This document shows positions 18,866 to 28,818 of a DNA stretch of 64,000 nt, piece after piece. How positions within the stretch are numbered: position 1 is the stretch's first letter; each line of letters begins with the position of its first letter. A model generated the notes under the pieces. That model saw only the letters and a program-made list of their open reading frames with translations, was not told where the DNA came from and did no database searches. The stretch is from IMG/VR virus record IMGVR_UViG_3300033076_000210, positions 29,930 to 93,929 of that record; one strand, written 5' to 3'. The translations under genes were made by a program, and so were the position numbers. Source of the stretch: a virus. Taxonomy: Duplodnaviria > Caudoviricetes.

Positions 18866-18895
18866 ATTGTATACTAGTTTATTTAGCAGAGTCAA
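18866..18895 (-). promoter_or_regulatory. overlapping sigma70-like (TTGACT...TACAAT) and late (TAAATA) promoters for gp32
   Basis: TTGACTCTGCTAAATAAACTAGTATACAAT on minus strand. Confidence 0.55.
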
Positions 18896-18908
18896 TGAGA
18901 AAGGCAAT

Positions 18909-19547
18909 TTATTTTTGCCTGATTTCGATGTAGTAGATTTGAGTATAATGGTCAGGCGTGTAGTGAGCCGAGCTGTTGAACACATCGGTTATTTCAAGTC
19001 CTGCTGCTGCGATAAAAGGTGCAAAGTCTTGCTCTCTGTTTAGTGACCCTGCTTGATTCTCTTGCAACAAGACGATACCATTGGGCAATAGGTGTTGTCC
19101 AATGTTGGCAAAGAACTCTTGATGTGCTGCCCAATTCTGGTCCACTGCAATGCGTCGATAGTTATCATCACCCGGGCATTCAAGAAAATGCGGGGGGTTG
19201 GCTACAACCAAATCAAACTGTTCGTAGTTGGGTAGATCAGCAATTAGCCCTGTAGCATAAGCAGCCACATTAGATAGTTGATGTATTTTTGCAGTCTCTT
19301 TAACTCGCTTGATAGCGTCTGGATAAATGTCACTAACACACAAGCTCTTACATAGCCCATGATCCAAAATACTGTACCCAATAAATGCAGGCCCAGCACA
19401 CCATTCATAACAGCATTCGAAAACTCTGTTTGGATACCGCTGTTTGATAACGGTTGTGTATTCCTGGCCAAACCAAGTGCCGCCACCGTCCATCCAACTG
19501 TCGTGTTGCACTCTGTATTGATTAGGTCCTGTTGTGATAAATTCCAT
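18909..19547 (-). CDS. SAM-dependent N-methyltransferase (HemK/MTS-like)
   Basis: EWCAGPAFIG motif I, DLVVANPPH motif IV, LLPNG. Confidence 0.8.
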   Translation of the reverse strand: MEFITTGPNQYRVQHDSWMDGGGTWFGQEYTTVIKQRYPNRVFECCYEWCAGPAFIGYSILDHGLCKSLCVSDIYPDAIKRVKETAKIHQLSNVAAYATGLIADLPNYEQFDLVVANPPHFLECPGDDNYRRIAVDQNWAAHQEFFANIGQHLLPNGIVLLQENQAGSLNREQDFAPFIAAAGLEITDVFNSSAHYTPDHYTQIYYIEIRQK

Positions 19548-20311
19548 TATAGTCTTTCTGGTCTATTGGGCTCGCGCCACATTTGTGTTTTGTCTCGGGC
19601 ATGCCAGTACCATTCGGTCATCCATTCTTTGGTTTCTTCCCGGAGTCGCCCAGGGGCAACTAATTCAAAATACTCAACATGCTCTTCCGGTGTAGGATGA
19701 AAGTCTCGTTGACTAGAATCAAAATTGTCCGGAATGCCCGGGCGACTAGTCCACCACGAGCCACCAAAGATTGTTTCTTGGACACTAGGTCCAATTATAT
19801 CTAACGTATCTTTGTAGAAGTTTAATACGTCCTGTGTCTCTGCGTTAGGCTGTGCAGGATTGTTGCCGTGGCCAGTAGACTCATTAGTTAAGGTCATAGG
19901 AACCATGCTTAAAAATCTGTATTTGCAACCCCAGTGATCTAGTAAGTGTTTTGCTGCTGTAATGTTAGCAAGATCTCTAATTAAGTAACCACGTTCGTCG
20001 GCAAACTTCTTTACATACTCTGCAGGCATAGTACTTCCGGCCGACCAATAGATGTTACCACCTTCTAGCCAACGTCCATCCACATAGCGATCTTCTCTGC
20101 TGGTGTTGGTCCACATAATCCAAACTTCATCATCGGGGCCAAGTTTATTTCGTTGATTGCATTCGGTCAGGCTCCAGAGTATGTAGCTGTTGCCGGCGCC
20201 ACAGAGACCCCAATTTTCAAAATGCTCGAACTCTCTGCCAAGGGCATCTGCCCAAGTAGGCCAACGCCAGTATTGTGTAAAGCTGCATCCTAATGTGTAT
20301 AGTCTAGACAT
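19547..20311 (-). CDS. SGNH-like hypothetical protein
   Basis: MSRLYTLGCSFT, GAGN, C-terminal DFHPT. Confidence 0.6.
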   Translation of the reverse strand: MSRLYTLGCSFTQYWRWPTWADALGREFEHFENWGLCGAGNSYILWSLTECNQRNKLGPDDEVWIMWTNTSREDRYVDGRWLEGGNIYWSAGSTMPAEYVKKFADERGYLIRDLANITAAKHLLDHWGCKYRFLSMVPMTLTNESTGHGNNPAQPNAETQDVLNFYKDTLDIIGPSVQETIFGGSWWTSRPGIPDNFDSSQRDFHPTPEEHVEYFELVAPGRLREETKEWMTEWYWHARDKTQMWREPNRPERL

Positions 20312-21143
20312 GGTGTTTTCCAAAATTATGTAGCCACTGCCATTGTAACTCTGGCACAGGCATGTATTTTTCAAACCAATATTGACTTGTATACCAGTCC
20401 TTAACAGATGAATGCTCAAAGTTGCTGGCCACACATCGTCCAATCGGTAACGGCGAGTGATAGTATCTATGACGGTATACTTCAATGAGTTGGAATTCAC
20501 TCATGACCATAGTGTTAGAATAAGGATCAAACGCTACTAATTTATTCTGCTCAAATAGTTCTAAATGATATTCAAATACTGATTTATTGTGACGTTGTTC
20601 TATGTGTGCTCTTAGTCCTGTTAACAAATCTCTAGTTAACGGTCTAAATGGCACCGAACTCATGCACCAGTATTCATCTTTGTTGACTACCCAAGGTTCT
20701 GTTGTTCCTAACATGTCAGCAACATACATTCGATTTCCTACATTGATAGGATCTGGGTCCTTGCTTACTGTGGCGCTAATAGCGTCAATTCTAATTGGTT
20801 CTTTAAACACAACATCAGCATCAACTAGCAACCAACGATCACCAGATACAAACTGGTCAAGATAAAGTTTAACTAACTGCTGTCTAAACCACCCCCCAGT
20901 TTTTACACGATCCATTCCTGCAAAATCACTAAACCTATGAAATGTTATATTAGTATCAGGAAAAATTTGTCGTATGTATTGTTCACAGTCTCCTGGGTAA
21001 CTAGGCCAATGCTGCGTGTCAAAGTCATCAATGATAATGTCAATAGGAAAGCCTGCGGCATATTGTTGTATGCTCTGCAGGCATCGTATCTGGGAAAAAA
21101 AGTATCCAGCGAAAGTGGTTAAAACAATTCTATCAATATTCAC
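20304..21143 (-). CDS. putative GT-A glycosyltransferase-like protein
   Basis: GWFRQQLVKL, WLLVDADVVF (DxD), MSEFQL; TAG stop. Confidence 0.6.
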   Translation of the reverse strand: MNIDRIVLTTFAGYFFSQIRCLQSIQQYAAGFPIDIIIDDFDTQHWPSYPGDCEQYIRQIFPDTNITFHRFSDFAGMDRVKTGGWFRQQLVKLYLDQFVSGDRWLLVDADVVFKEPIRIDAISATVSKDPDPINVGNRMYVADMLGTTEPWVVNKDEYWCMSSVPFRPLTRDLLTGLRAHIEQRHNKSVFEYHLELFEQNKLVAFDPYSNTMVMSEFQLIEVYRHRYYHSPLPIGRCVASNFEHSSVKDWYTSQYWFEKYMPVPELQWQWLHNFGKHHV

Positions 21144-21146
21144 GCA

Positions 21147-22826
21147 TTACTTACCATGCGCTAACTTCTTGAGTTGACTTACTGCGTCACTTTCTTCTAG
21201 CCCAAAGTTGGTCCAGTTTCCGGTGTATTCCATGATTCCGCATTCTTCTAGCTTGTGCTTGGGGCAGTATTCACCGGCTTCGGTCATGTTGCATTGCGCT
21301 TCTGATATGTCGTCTTGCAAGGCATATTCTAATTCGGATGTATGTATCGACCCACTATTAACATCGTGTATCAATCTATCGCGGTCTGCATTTGGCTCAA
21401 CCTTGGCAATATATTCATCAATTAAATCCAATGTCTCTTGGGGCAAGGGGCCGGCTGAACCTTCTTCCACGCTTTGTGGTAGTTGTTCGTCGCCTGCAAC
21501 TTCTTGTCCTAATTCCTCTGCATCAGCAGTAGGCTCACTGGGTTCTTCAGGATTGGTTGTTTGCAACTGACCCAGCACTGCTTGAACGTCAGGGCTTTGG
21601 CCGGAAAGTTCTTCCATGCGAGTCAATACCACGCTTCGTGCATCTGCATCAGCGTTGGCATCAGCTAGCTCTTGTAGTTGATCAAACAGCACGTCATCGC
21701 CCAGGATGTCATAGAGTTGTTCTGTGGCATTGGTTGCATCAGCACCTACAGGAAATTCCTTGCTCATTAAGTCAACCAAGGTTTGTTTTTGTTCTGGTGT
21801 TTCTGGCAAGGCCCATGTGCCTTCCACTAGGTTGTTGATCCACGATTCGAAAATTTGTGCTTCTTTCATTGCGTTGGCTTCCTGTGTAATGCGAGCCAAC
21901 AACGGCAACGCTTCTTCAATTCTGTGATCAATTGTTTGTTCTACAAACAAGCTCTTGAGATCTTCTACTACCAAGTTGCCTTCGTTGATTTCGTTGGGCT
22001 TCCATGATTCAAAGTAGGCTTGATATCCACGATTTGTTCCCAAGTGCTTGAGAACTGAGTGCATGTTCTTGTAGTAAGAATTGGTTTGCTCTACTAGATT
22101 TTTGGTATCGCCTTCTAAAACTCGATTAGCGTTGGCTCTACGGAAACGGCTCAACACAGATAGTTCTTCGACAATTTCGTTGATGTGTTGTGCGCGAGCA
22201 TCGTAGGGATTGCCACCTTGGCGCACATGCTCTAGCATGGCTTTGGCAGCAGTTAGGCTACGGCTCTTTAATTTAAAACGTTCACGATCAGCAGTTTCAA
22301 TGTAAATGCATTCAATGAAACGAAAACGTGCTTCGTCTTCGGTTAGTGACTTGCTGTGTTTGATTACTATGCGAGCTTCTGTAGGCTGGCCATTCCAGCT
22401 GATGTTGCCCTTGCCTTGCCAAGATTCGTGTAAGCCTTCTTTGATTGCTGCTTGTCCTTGCTTGGTATACTTTAGTTTGGTAATGTTTTCCGGGGTAAAT
22501 GTCATGAAGTTCTTGGTTGCAAAGTTTTTCATTTGTGTCAAGAACTCAAACCATTCTGTTTTGTCTTCGGTTTCCATGCCGCGGCCAATGTTGTCCCCAA
22601 AGAACATAGTTAAGTCTTTGTCATTTCCTAACAATATCACAACAGAACCGTAGTTGCGACCGGATTCCGGAACATAATCAAATCGAAATTCATCTGCTTC
22701 CCCGATGTCGGGGTTTCCTTGATCGTCGACTGGTGCTCGTCCAGTTCTGCTGTCCAAGGACTGGATGTCAAAGTTCTTGGTTACCAGTAGGTCGTATAGG
22801 TTTTTGCTCGTTGATTGATTAGACAT
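21147..22826 (-). CDS. late, probably head-associated protein
   Basis: 559 aa, TAAATA promoter, multiple [L/I/V/M]xE putative prohead-protease sites. Confidence 0.65.
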   Translation of the reverse strand: MSNQSTSKNLYDLLVTKNFDIQSLDSRTGRAPVDDQGNPDIGEADEFRFDYVPESGRNYGSVVILLGNDKDLTMFFGDNIGRGMETEDKTEWFEFLTQMKNFATKNFMTFTPENITKLKYTKQGQAAIKEGLHESWQGKGNISWNGQPTEARIVIKHSKSLTEDEARFRFIECIYIETADRERFKLKSRSLTAAKAMLEHVRQGGNPYDARAQHINEIVEELSVLSRFRRANANRVLEGDTKNLVEQTNSYYKNMHSVLKHLGTNRGYQAYFESWKPNEINEGNLVVEDLKSLFVEQTIDHRIEEALPLLARITQEANAMKEAQIFESWINNLVEGTWALPETPEQKQTLVDLMSKEFPVGADATNATEQLYDILGDDVLFDQLQELADANADADARSVVLTRMEELSGQSPDVQAVLGQLQTTNPEEPSEPTADAEELGQEVAGDEQLPQSVEEGSAGPLPQETLDLIDEYIAKVEPNADRDRLIHDVNSGSIHTSELEYALQDDISEAQCNMTEAGEYCPKHKLEECGIMEYTGNWTNFGLEESDAVSQLKKLAHGK

Positions 22827-22836
22827 AGTAGTATAT

Positions 22837-24405
22837 TTATCGCATCACAATGAAAGGCATGGGCTCTATCATTACATCGCCGTGGTCCCTCATTTGATTA
22901 TCCATTTCTGTGTGATAGCTCTGTAATAGCTGCATCATGCGAACAACAAGTAGTGTAGCCATTACCAAATCGTCTGTTTCCCCGGGTTTGGCAGCATAAC
23001 TGGTTCCGTGGGCAACAAATGTTTTAAGTTCAGATATCAAGGGCTTGCTGTGTATCTTCATCTTCTTGGATTCAACTAACACTTTGAGCTTGTTACACGC
23101 TGTAATTTTAGCTTTGTTTGTGGTGTTAAATCCCTTGCGCCAGCGACGATTAGATGATTGTGTTGTTGTGCCATCACTCAGGAAGTAACCTTCGATGTTT
23201 TCTTCCCCGTATTCTGAGATACTGATCAGTGCTGCTTCACCAATGGTGTTGTTTTCCACAGAGTAGTAGATAGAGTTCTTGTCATCAACAATGCTGTTGA
23301 TATGTTTGATGATATCAGCCATGATACGAATCTGCGTAGGAATATCTGTGCGGTTATGACGCCATTCCCCGATCTGTGTTGTAGTGTTGGCTTCAAAGAT
23401 TTGTATAGCAGCAGGATCGCCGCCTGTGCCCAAACTGGGATCCAAGGCAACACAGTAATACTTGCCAGGCTCGGGCTTTTTATACCAACGCACTTGCCCT
23501 GTTTTGTGATCAGGTTCCACGCCTTCTAAATCAATCAGTGTGGTAGGAGCAATCAGTGTTTCATCGTTAATAATGAATTCGCAGCCAATTTCTCTGCGGA
23601 AACGATCTGTTCCCAACTGGGCTTCCATATCCCGACCCCATTGCTCGTCACGGTCTGGGTGTTCTTGCCAATAAGCACGATAGGCTTTGAAACCATTTTT
23701 GCCTACTTCTGTTGGGTTGCCATAATCATCTTCGCACTTGTTGGCCAACTTCCAAATAAACGCAAACTGATCTTCGTCTGAGTTGGGGGTTGATGTAATA
23801 ATAGCTTTACCTCCTGTGGCCAAGGTAGGACTGATAGAAGTCCAGAACTCTTTGGCAATACCAGGGCGAACGAACGCAAATTCGTCAGCGTATAACAGTG
23901 TAATAGACATACCACGCCCGGTATTTTCAGTTGTTGTTGCCGAAACAATGCGGGACCCGTTTTCAAAGTCTATGCTGCCCTTGTTGTAGCTCACAACACC
24001 AGCACGAATGTGATCAGGACACAGTTCATACGCAAAGCGAATACGCTGCATGATTTCCTGTGCGCCTGTGTATTTGTGTGCAGCAATAAGAATTGTAGAA
24101 TCTGGAACAAACATAGCAAACCACAACAAGTAACCTGCTGCTGATGTTGATTTGCCTGTTTGTCGTGGCATCAAGGAGATCGAATAACGATAGTTGTGAT
24201 ATGTGTGTATCAGCTTCTTTTGATACTCGTAGGGATGATACAACATCTTGCCACGTGTGGGATGTTGAATGTAAAAGAAGTTATCCATGAAGTATTCTGG
24301 GCCAGTTTCCTGGTCAGCACACATCATAAAATCCTGTAACTGTTCTTCTGTGTAGACCTGCTTTTTATGCGGGGCCTTGACTAATACGCCTTCTAAAGTG
24401 CTCAT
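22837..24405 (-). CDS. gp17: terminase large subunit
   Basis: PRQTGKS Walker A, LYADEFAF Walker B, ITSTPN, RNase H-like DPSLG and DDLVMA. Confidence 0.96.
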   Translation of the reverse strand: MSTLEGVLVKAPHKKQVYTEEQLQDFMMCADQETGPEYFMDNFFYIQHPTRGKMLYHPYEYQKKLIHTYHNYRYSISLMPRQTGKSTSAAGYLLWFAMFVPDSTILIAAHKYTGAQEIMQRIRFAYELCPDHIRAGVVSYNKGSIDFENGSRIVSATTTENTGRGMSITLLYADEFAFVRPGIAKEFWTSISPTLATGGKAIITSTPNSDEDQFAFIWKLANKCEDDYGNPTEVGKNGFKAYRAYWQEHPDRDEQWGRDMEAQLGTDRFRREIGCEFIINDETLIAPTTLIDLEGVEPDHKTGQVRWYKKPEPGKYYCVALDPSLGTGGDPAAIQIFEANTTTQIGEWRHNRTDIPTQIRIMADIIKHINSIVDDKNSIYYSVENNTIGEAALISISEYGEENIEGYFLSDGTTTQSSNRRWRKGFNTTNKAKITACNKLKVLVESKKMKIHSKPLISELKTFVAHGTSYAAKPGETDDLVMATLLVVRMMQLLQSYHTEMDNQMRDHGDVMIEPMPFIVMR

Positions 24406-24419
24406 GGCTGTATTTAATG

Positions 24420-24686
24420 TTATTTAGATTGGTTAAACGCAAACCAAGCCGGTGTTCCGGGACGGATGCCCAGGCGTTTTGCTTCGTCTCTAAGTTGGAA
24501 ATGTTGATCTGCTATTTGCTGACGCTTGTGTGCATCGTATGCTGCTGTCACTGATGCAGGGGTTAGTGTGCCCAGTGTGCCTTGTCCTTGTAAAGCAAAA
24601 AGAGGATCGCTGGGGTCTAAGTAGCAATCCTCGTTGGAGTCGGTGTATTGTAAGCTGGCAGTAGAAAAACGAATTTCTTTTGTCAT
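24420..24686 (-). CDS. hypothetical protein
   Basis: 88 aa, C-terminal IRPGTPAWF. Confidence 0.65.
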   Translation of the reverse strand: MTKEIRFSTASLQYTDSNEDCYLDPSDPLFALQGQGTLGTLTPASVTAAYDAHKRQQIADQHFQLRDEAKRLGIRPGTPAWFAFNQSK

Positions 24687-25390
24687 TTACCGACGTTGAA
24701 GCGAATACCTGTGGCTTGTTCTACTGCTGCAACAGGGACCTGATATTTGGGCAAGTCTTGAACAGGCAGTGCTGCGTTTGGCATTAAGTAAGCCATTGCT
24801 TGCTTTGAGTTCTTTTCGTAGATGATCTTGTATAAGCGAGTTGGGATACCCAGGCCGTTGCCAGTAGTAGGATAGCCTTGGTCAAAAATGCCACCGGAAA
24901 CAATATAAAAGTCCCCACCTTTGGAGGCCCAGTCTCTTTCCCATGTCTCTAACTGCTTCCAGATGCCACGATTGTTGTTGGCAACTTGGGCCACCATGTT
25001 GCTCAAGAAAAAACTTTCTGACATGATTTGATCATTGGTTGTGTTGTTGCCAGCAGGTGCCATGTGTCCACGGTCATGTGTCTTACCAACTGTGGCATAG
25101 TCTTGTAAGGTAGCTTGGCACTGCTGGAATACTTGTGGGTCAGCGCGGAAGTTGTCTTTGCGTTTGGCAGGTCCGGTCATTGACTCACGAGTTAGGTGTT
25201 CAAACACTGCAACAGGTGCTTTAACTGAACAGCGATGAATCACTGCATAGTTTGTTTTGCACAGTTCCTGATCACCTGGTTGTGCAGCATAGGCCACAGG
25301 TCCGTTAGGCAAGAACTGTGGGCATTGTTGTGCAATCTGTGCCAGCGCAGATAGTGGTAAAAAGAAGAGTGTTATTATTAGTTTTTTCAT
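24683..25390 (-). CDS. DNA/RNA non-specific endonuclease (NucA/EndA family) with signal peptide
   Basis: DRGH catalytic motif, SESFFLSNMVAQ..NNRGIW..LE, IPTRLYK; N-terminal MKKLIITLFFLPLSALA. Confidence 0.9.
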   Translation of the reverse strand: MKKLIITLFFLPLSALAQIAQQCPQFLPNGPVAYAAQPGDQELCKTNYAVIHRCSVKAPVAVFEHLTRESMTGPAKRKDNFRADPQVFQQCQATLQDYATVGKTHDRGHMAPAGNNTTNDQIMSESFFLSNMVAQVANNNRGIWKQLETWERDWASKGGDFYIVSGGIFDQGYPTTGNGLGIPTRLYKIIYEKNSKQAMAYLMPNAALPVQDLPKYQVPVAAVEQATGIRFNVGK

Positions 25391-25391
25391 A

Positions 25392-27356
25392 TTAAGCCCA
25401 TGTTCCTACACTAGTGTCAGCACCTGCCGGGCCAACTGGGTAGATAAAAATCCCGCTGCGTGGTTGAACACTACAACTGGTGTTTGGCGCGGCACTAAAT
25501 GCCACCTGGAAGTTTACAGTTGATGCAGTGTTAACATCAATATATCCTTTGATCAATACCCGAGCATAGCTAACACTTATTGGCATAGCCGCGGTGATCG
25601 GAACTCCTGTGTCAAATCCCGAAGTAATGTAATTAAACATCTGGCTTCCGGAAGCCACTGATGCAACGGTTGCAGTAACACTACTGTTCACTGTGTAAAA
25701 ATGAGAGAATAGACTACCAGCAGTTAGGGCCAGGCCGTAATTAATCGTAGGTTGATTTGATCCCGAGCCGTTCTTAGCAAAGTAAGCGTTGATTTCATAA
25801 AAGTAACGAGTATTTGCTGATAGGTCAACTGTTTTACCAAACAAACTTTGTGCTGCTGTTGTGCCAGCAGTTAAGTTTCTTGCAGCATTGAGAACAAAAG
25901 TTTGCTGAGCTGGGATAACACCGCGTTCTAGTCCTTGTGGCACACCAACAAACACAGTGCCATCGTAACTTACGCCACCGGTAACTGGAACAGTTGGTAG
26001 AGCACCTGCTGTAAATTGCAACGGTGTCTGTGTTGTAGTCCCTGCAGGTAGATTCACCCAAGCGTTTGACATTACCATGCCATCGTTAAATACCGCAGTA
26101 GTCGGAGTTAATGTTAATGCAGTTGCTTGCGTAGTTGATCCGTCTGGAATAGCCTTAAAAACAATCTTACCTGGGCGACTTGTATCTGAGAATGTGCCAG
26201 CAGCTTGAAATTCGATATGTGATGCATATACACCCCCATACCCAGTGGTACCCCAACCTGCTGCACCAATTTTTCCCAGTGCATCATTGTTTTGGACTGC
26301 TGCCGGAACGGCCAGATTACCACGGGCAGCACGCATAGTAAACTCAGGCCCTGTTACTGCGCTGGCAACATTACCATAACCATCGTAAATTATCAATGGT
26401 GTTTTGTTATCTTGGCCAGTAAACTGTGCTACAACGTTGGCTAACACCGGGCGACGGGTGTTTCCGTTTTGATTATTAGTTACAGTAAGAACAGCAATAT
26501 TACTAGCATTGCCGGTGTCAATGATACTTACACGCCCAGTTGTTTGTAAGTTATTTGCATAGATAGTATCACCGTTGACATACGCTGCACGAGTAATAGT
26601 AGTTGAGTTTAGTGGTGTGGTCCAAAATTCAATTTGACTACCGTAATTTGATGTAGTAGCATCTCCGTGTTGAACAAAGTCAACTCTAGCTGTACTGATT
26701 GCCGGCCATCCGGTGTTGCTTAGTGTTGGCGTAGCACCGACACGAGAAATAATTTCCCCGGCAAGGATTCCAGTTGGGCTATCCACTGTACCATTATATC
26801 TACGCCCAATGTAGGCAGAATAAGCACCGTTGCCATCGTTGTAAATACGACTTGGATCTGCATCTTGACCAGTGATGTGCAGTAATACGCCAGTGTTTTG
26901 TGGGTTACTTTCAGTGCCTGTGCTGCTACCAATAATATTAACACCGCTGGTATATCCCGACATTGGAGCTAATATAGTAACGTCTCCAGTTGAGGCTATA
27001 TCAAACGACGGTGCTGCACTGAGATTGCCTGATGCATGCACATGTAATGCTCCGCCGACGTTAACTTGGCTACCAGGAAGTAAATTAATATTACAATTAC
27101 CCCCGTTGCAATCTATATCAATATCAGCATCTGGGACAGATGTTGTAATTGTAGTGTTGTTAAAGACAAAATTAGCAATAGCAATGTTTGCCAAATTGCC
27201 AATTAAGTTAATCGGCAAGCCACCGGGGGTAACTCCGTCACTGATTCGTAATGTCCCTGAATCAGGATAATAAAATATTCTGTTTACTTGGCCTACGTAT
27301 TGACTGGGGTCAATATTTTTTGTTCTTGTGGCCCATAGCTCCATTGTGTCTGCCAT
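25392..27356 (-). CDS. virion structural protein, tail fibre/adhesin-like
   Basis: 654 aa rich in G/T/S/N/A; N-terminal LRISDGVTPGG; two repeated R..G....P......LG modules. Confidence 0.7.
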   Translation of the reverse strand: MADTMELWATRTKNIDPSQYVGQVNRIFYYPDSGTLRISDGVTPGGLPINLIGNLANIAIANFVFNNTTITTSVPDADIDIDCNGGNCNINLLPGSQVNVGGALHVHASGNLSAAPSFDIASTGDVTILAPMSGYTSGVNIIGSSTGTESNPQNTGVLLHITGQDADPSRIYNDGNGAYSAYIGRRYNGTVDSPTGILAGEIISRVGATPTLSNTGWPAISTARVDFVQHGDATTSNYGSQIEFWTTPLNSTTITRAAYVNGDTIYANNLQTTGRVSIIDTGNASNIAVLTVTNNQNGNTRRPVLANVVAQFTGQDNKTPLIIYDGYGNVASAVTGPEFTMRAARGNLAVPAAVQNNDALGKIGAAGWGTTGYGGVYASHIEFQAAGTFSDTSRPGKIVFKAIPDGSTTQATALTLTPTTAVFNDGMVMSNAWVNLPAGTTTQTPLQFTAGALPTVPVTGGVSYDGTVFVGVPQGLERGVIPAQQTFVLNAARNLTAGTTAAQSLFGKTVDLSANTRYFYEINAYFAKNGSGSNQPTINYGLALTAGSLFSHFYTVNSSVTATVASVASGSQMFNYITSGFDTGVPITAAMPISVSYARVLIKGYIDVNTASTVNFQVAFSAAPNTSCSVQPRSGIFIYPVGPAGADTSVGTWA

Positions 27357-27367
27357 AGCAGTTCTCC

Positions 27368-27766
27368 TTAACTATCTAATGGCTCGTCGTCGCTCATTTC
27401 ATTGCGGATTAAAGCGTTTACTCCAGCAGCACGTTTCATCGATTCTAATGCAGCAGTTTCTTCTTCGCTCATGGGAGTTGTTTTATAATTGCTGGCTTCG
27501 GGATCTTCTTCAACATTGTCTTCGCTGTAGATGTTTTCAACACCAACTGCACGTTTTAACAATTCTAATTTTAACTGTAGCGGTGGAACTTGTTTGGTAT
27601 CAGGTTGCTTGACCAACTCCTTGCCAGTTTCGTCACGCATTACAACGTCAGGATTATTAACACCACTAGAAGCACCTAGTGGCTCGTCTCCGGGTTCTGC
27701 ACCACTGGCTTGACTGTTGATCAAGTCAGCAAGTTTACGCATTAAATCTACTTCATTAATTTTCAT
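27368..27766 (-). CDS. hypothetical protein, candidate internal head protein (MKINE...)
   Basis: 132 aa; N-terminus resembles a protease-cleaved propeptide. Confidence 0.65.
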   Translation of the reverse strand: MKINEVDLMRKLADLINSQASGAEPGDEPLGASSGVNNPDVVMRDETGKELVKQPDTKQVPPLQLKLELLKRAVGVENIYSEDNVEEDPEASNYKTTPMSEEETAALESMKRAAGVNALIRNEMSDDEPLDS

Positions 27767-28149
27767 CTTGGATATCCTCGAAATGCTTTTACAGGGCTCT
27801 TTGTGCCTGTTGTATTAGGTTCTTCGCTGTCAGCAGTACTAATTAATTTCTTGCCGCCAGGAGTGTCTGTCATCTTGAGTGCAGCATCAATAATTTCAGC
27901 GATGCCATGGTTAAATCCCGATACAATAGCATGTTCTCCGAATGCTGTTTCTGCTGTCCACTCTGGCATGTGCGGGTTCACATCGTCTTTGCGATATTCA
28001 CTGCGGGCTCGCGCCATGGCTACCCCAAATCTATAACTCTTGTATGGATCAGCAGCACTCAAGCCCGGCAGAGTGTAGGCATCACGCATGGGCTCTTTTG
28101 TCTCGGGTGGCAATTCACGTTGCTCACGAATGAACTCACGGGCTCTCAT
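27763..28149 (-). CDS. candidate internal head protein, paralogue A
   Basis: MRAREFIRE N-terminus; C-terminal KSPVKAFRGYPR. Confidence 0.7.
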   Translation of the reverse strand: MRAREFIREQRELPPETKEPMRDAYTLPGLSAADPYKSYRFGVAMARARSEYRKDDVNPHMPEWTAETAFGEHAIVSGFNHGIAEIIDAALKMTDTPGGKKLISTADSEEPNTTGTKSPVKAFRGYPR

Positions 28150-28520
28150 CGCGGATACCCCTTGAATCCCTTGATAGGACTTTTATTGTTAACTGCTGGA
28201 TGTTCTTTACTTTCTAAGTCGCCGTCGTTGAGATCATGTGTTTCGCTGCCCACTGCCTTGAATGCTTGCTTGAGCATTTTTTGTTCTTCTTTGGTATATG
28301 GCTGTGCTGTATTGTATTTGCCAATCCAGCTGGCCTGATCCATGTCTAAAGGAGCATCAGTGCCGTCTGCACATGCAGCGGCCATCATAACACGATTGAG
28401 TTCATAGGTGCGATCGTAACCGCCTGGATCACGAAACTTGTGAAGGCCAACGGTAGAATCTTGATAGACTCGACGTATTTTGCCTTCTTGCTTCTCGACT
28501 ATAAACTCACGTGCTCGCAT
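28146..28520 (-). CDS. candidate internal head protein, paralogue B
   Basis: MRAREFIVE N-terminus; C-terminal KSPIKGFKGYPR. Confidence 0.7.
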   Translation of the reverse strand: MRAREFIVEKQEGKIRRVYQDSTVGLHKFRDPGGYDRTYELNRVMMAAACADGTDAPLDMDQASWIGKYNTAQPYTKEEQKMLKQAFKAVGSETHDLNDGDLESKEHPAVNNKSPIKGFKGYPR

Positions 28521-28816
28521 TATTCGCCTACGTAACTTCCGCCGCCTTGAACACCAGCTGTGCCAGAACTTGCTGTGCCAGATTCGGCAGCAGTGAAGTT
28601 TGAACCAGTAATAGTAAGGTAGTTGCCTACACCTACATACTTGTATTCAGTTGCGTAAGCAGGAACGCTGACAGCGTTTGAGTAAATGCTGCTGGTAAAG
28701 TCAGGAGCAAGCCAAACTTGATACGTCACAGCAGTGTTGCCTGTTGAGATTTCTACTTTGTCAGTGGCCCAAACAACGTTGGCCACTGAGGTATAAACAT
28801 TTGCTTGACTTGCCAT
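28520..28816 (-). CDS. small virion structural protein
   Basis: 98 aa rich in S/T/G/A/V, in late operon. Confidence 0.6.
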   Translation of the reverse strand: MASQANVYTSVANVVWATDKVEISTGNTAVTYQVWLAPDFTSSIYSNAVSVPAYATEYKYVGVGNYLTITGSNFTAAESGTASSGTAGVQGGGSYVGE

Positions 28817-28818
28817 GA

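Noticed and set aside
1194-24405. Inteins or introns in uvsW, uvsX or terminase
   Set aside because: Lengths are normal and motifs contiguous; no splice-junction motifs.
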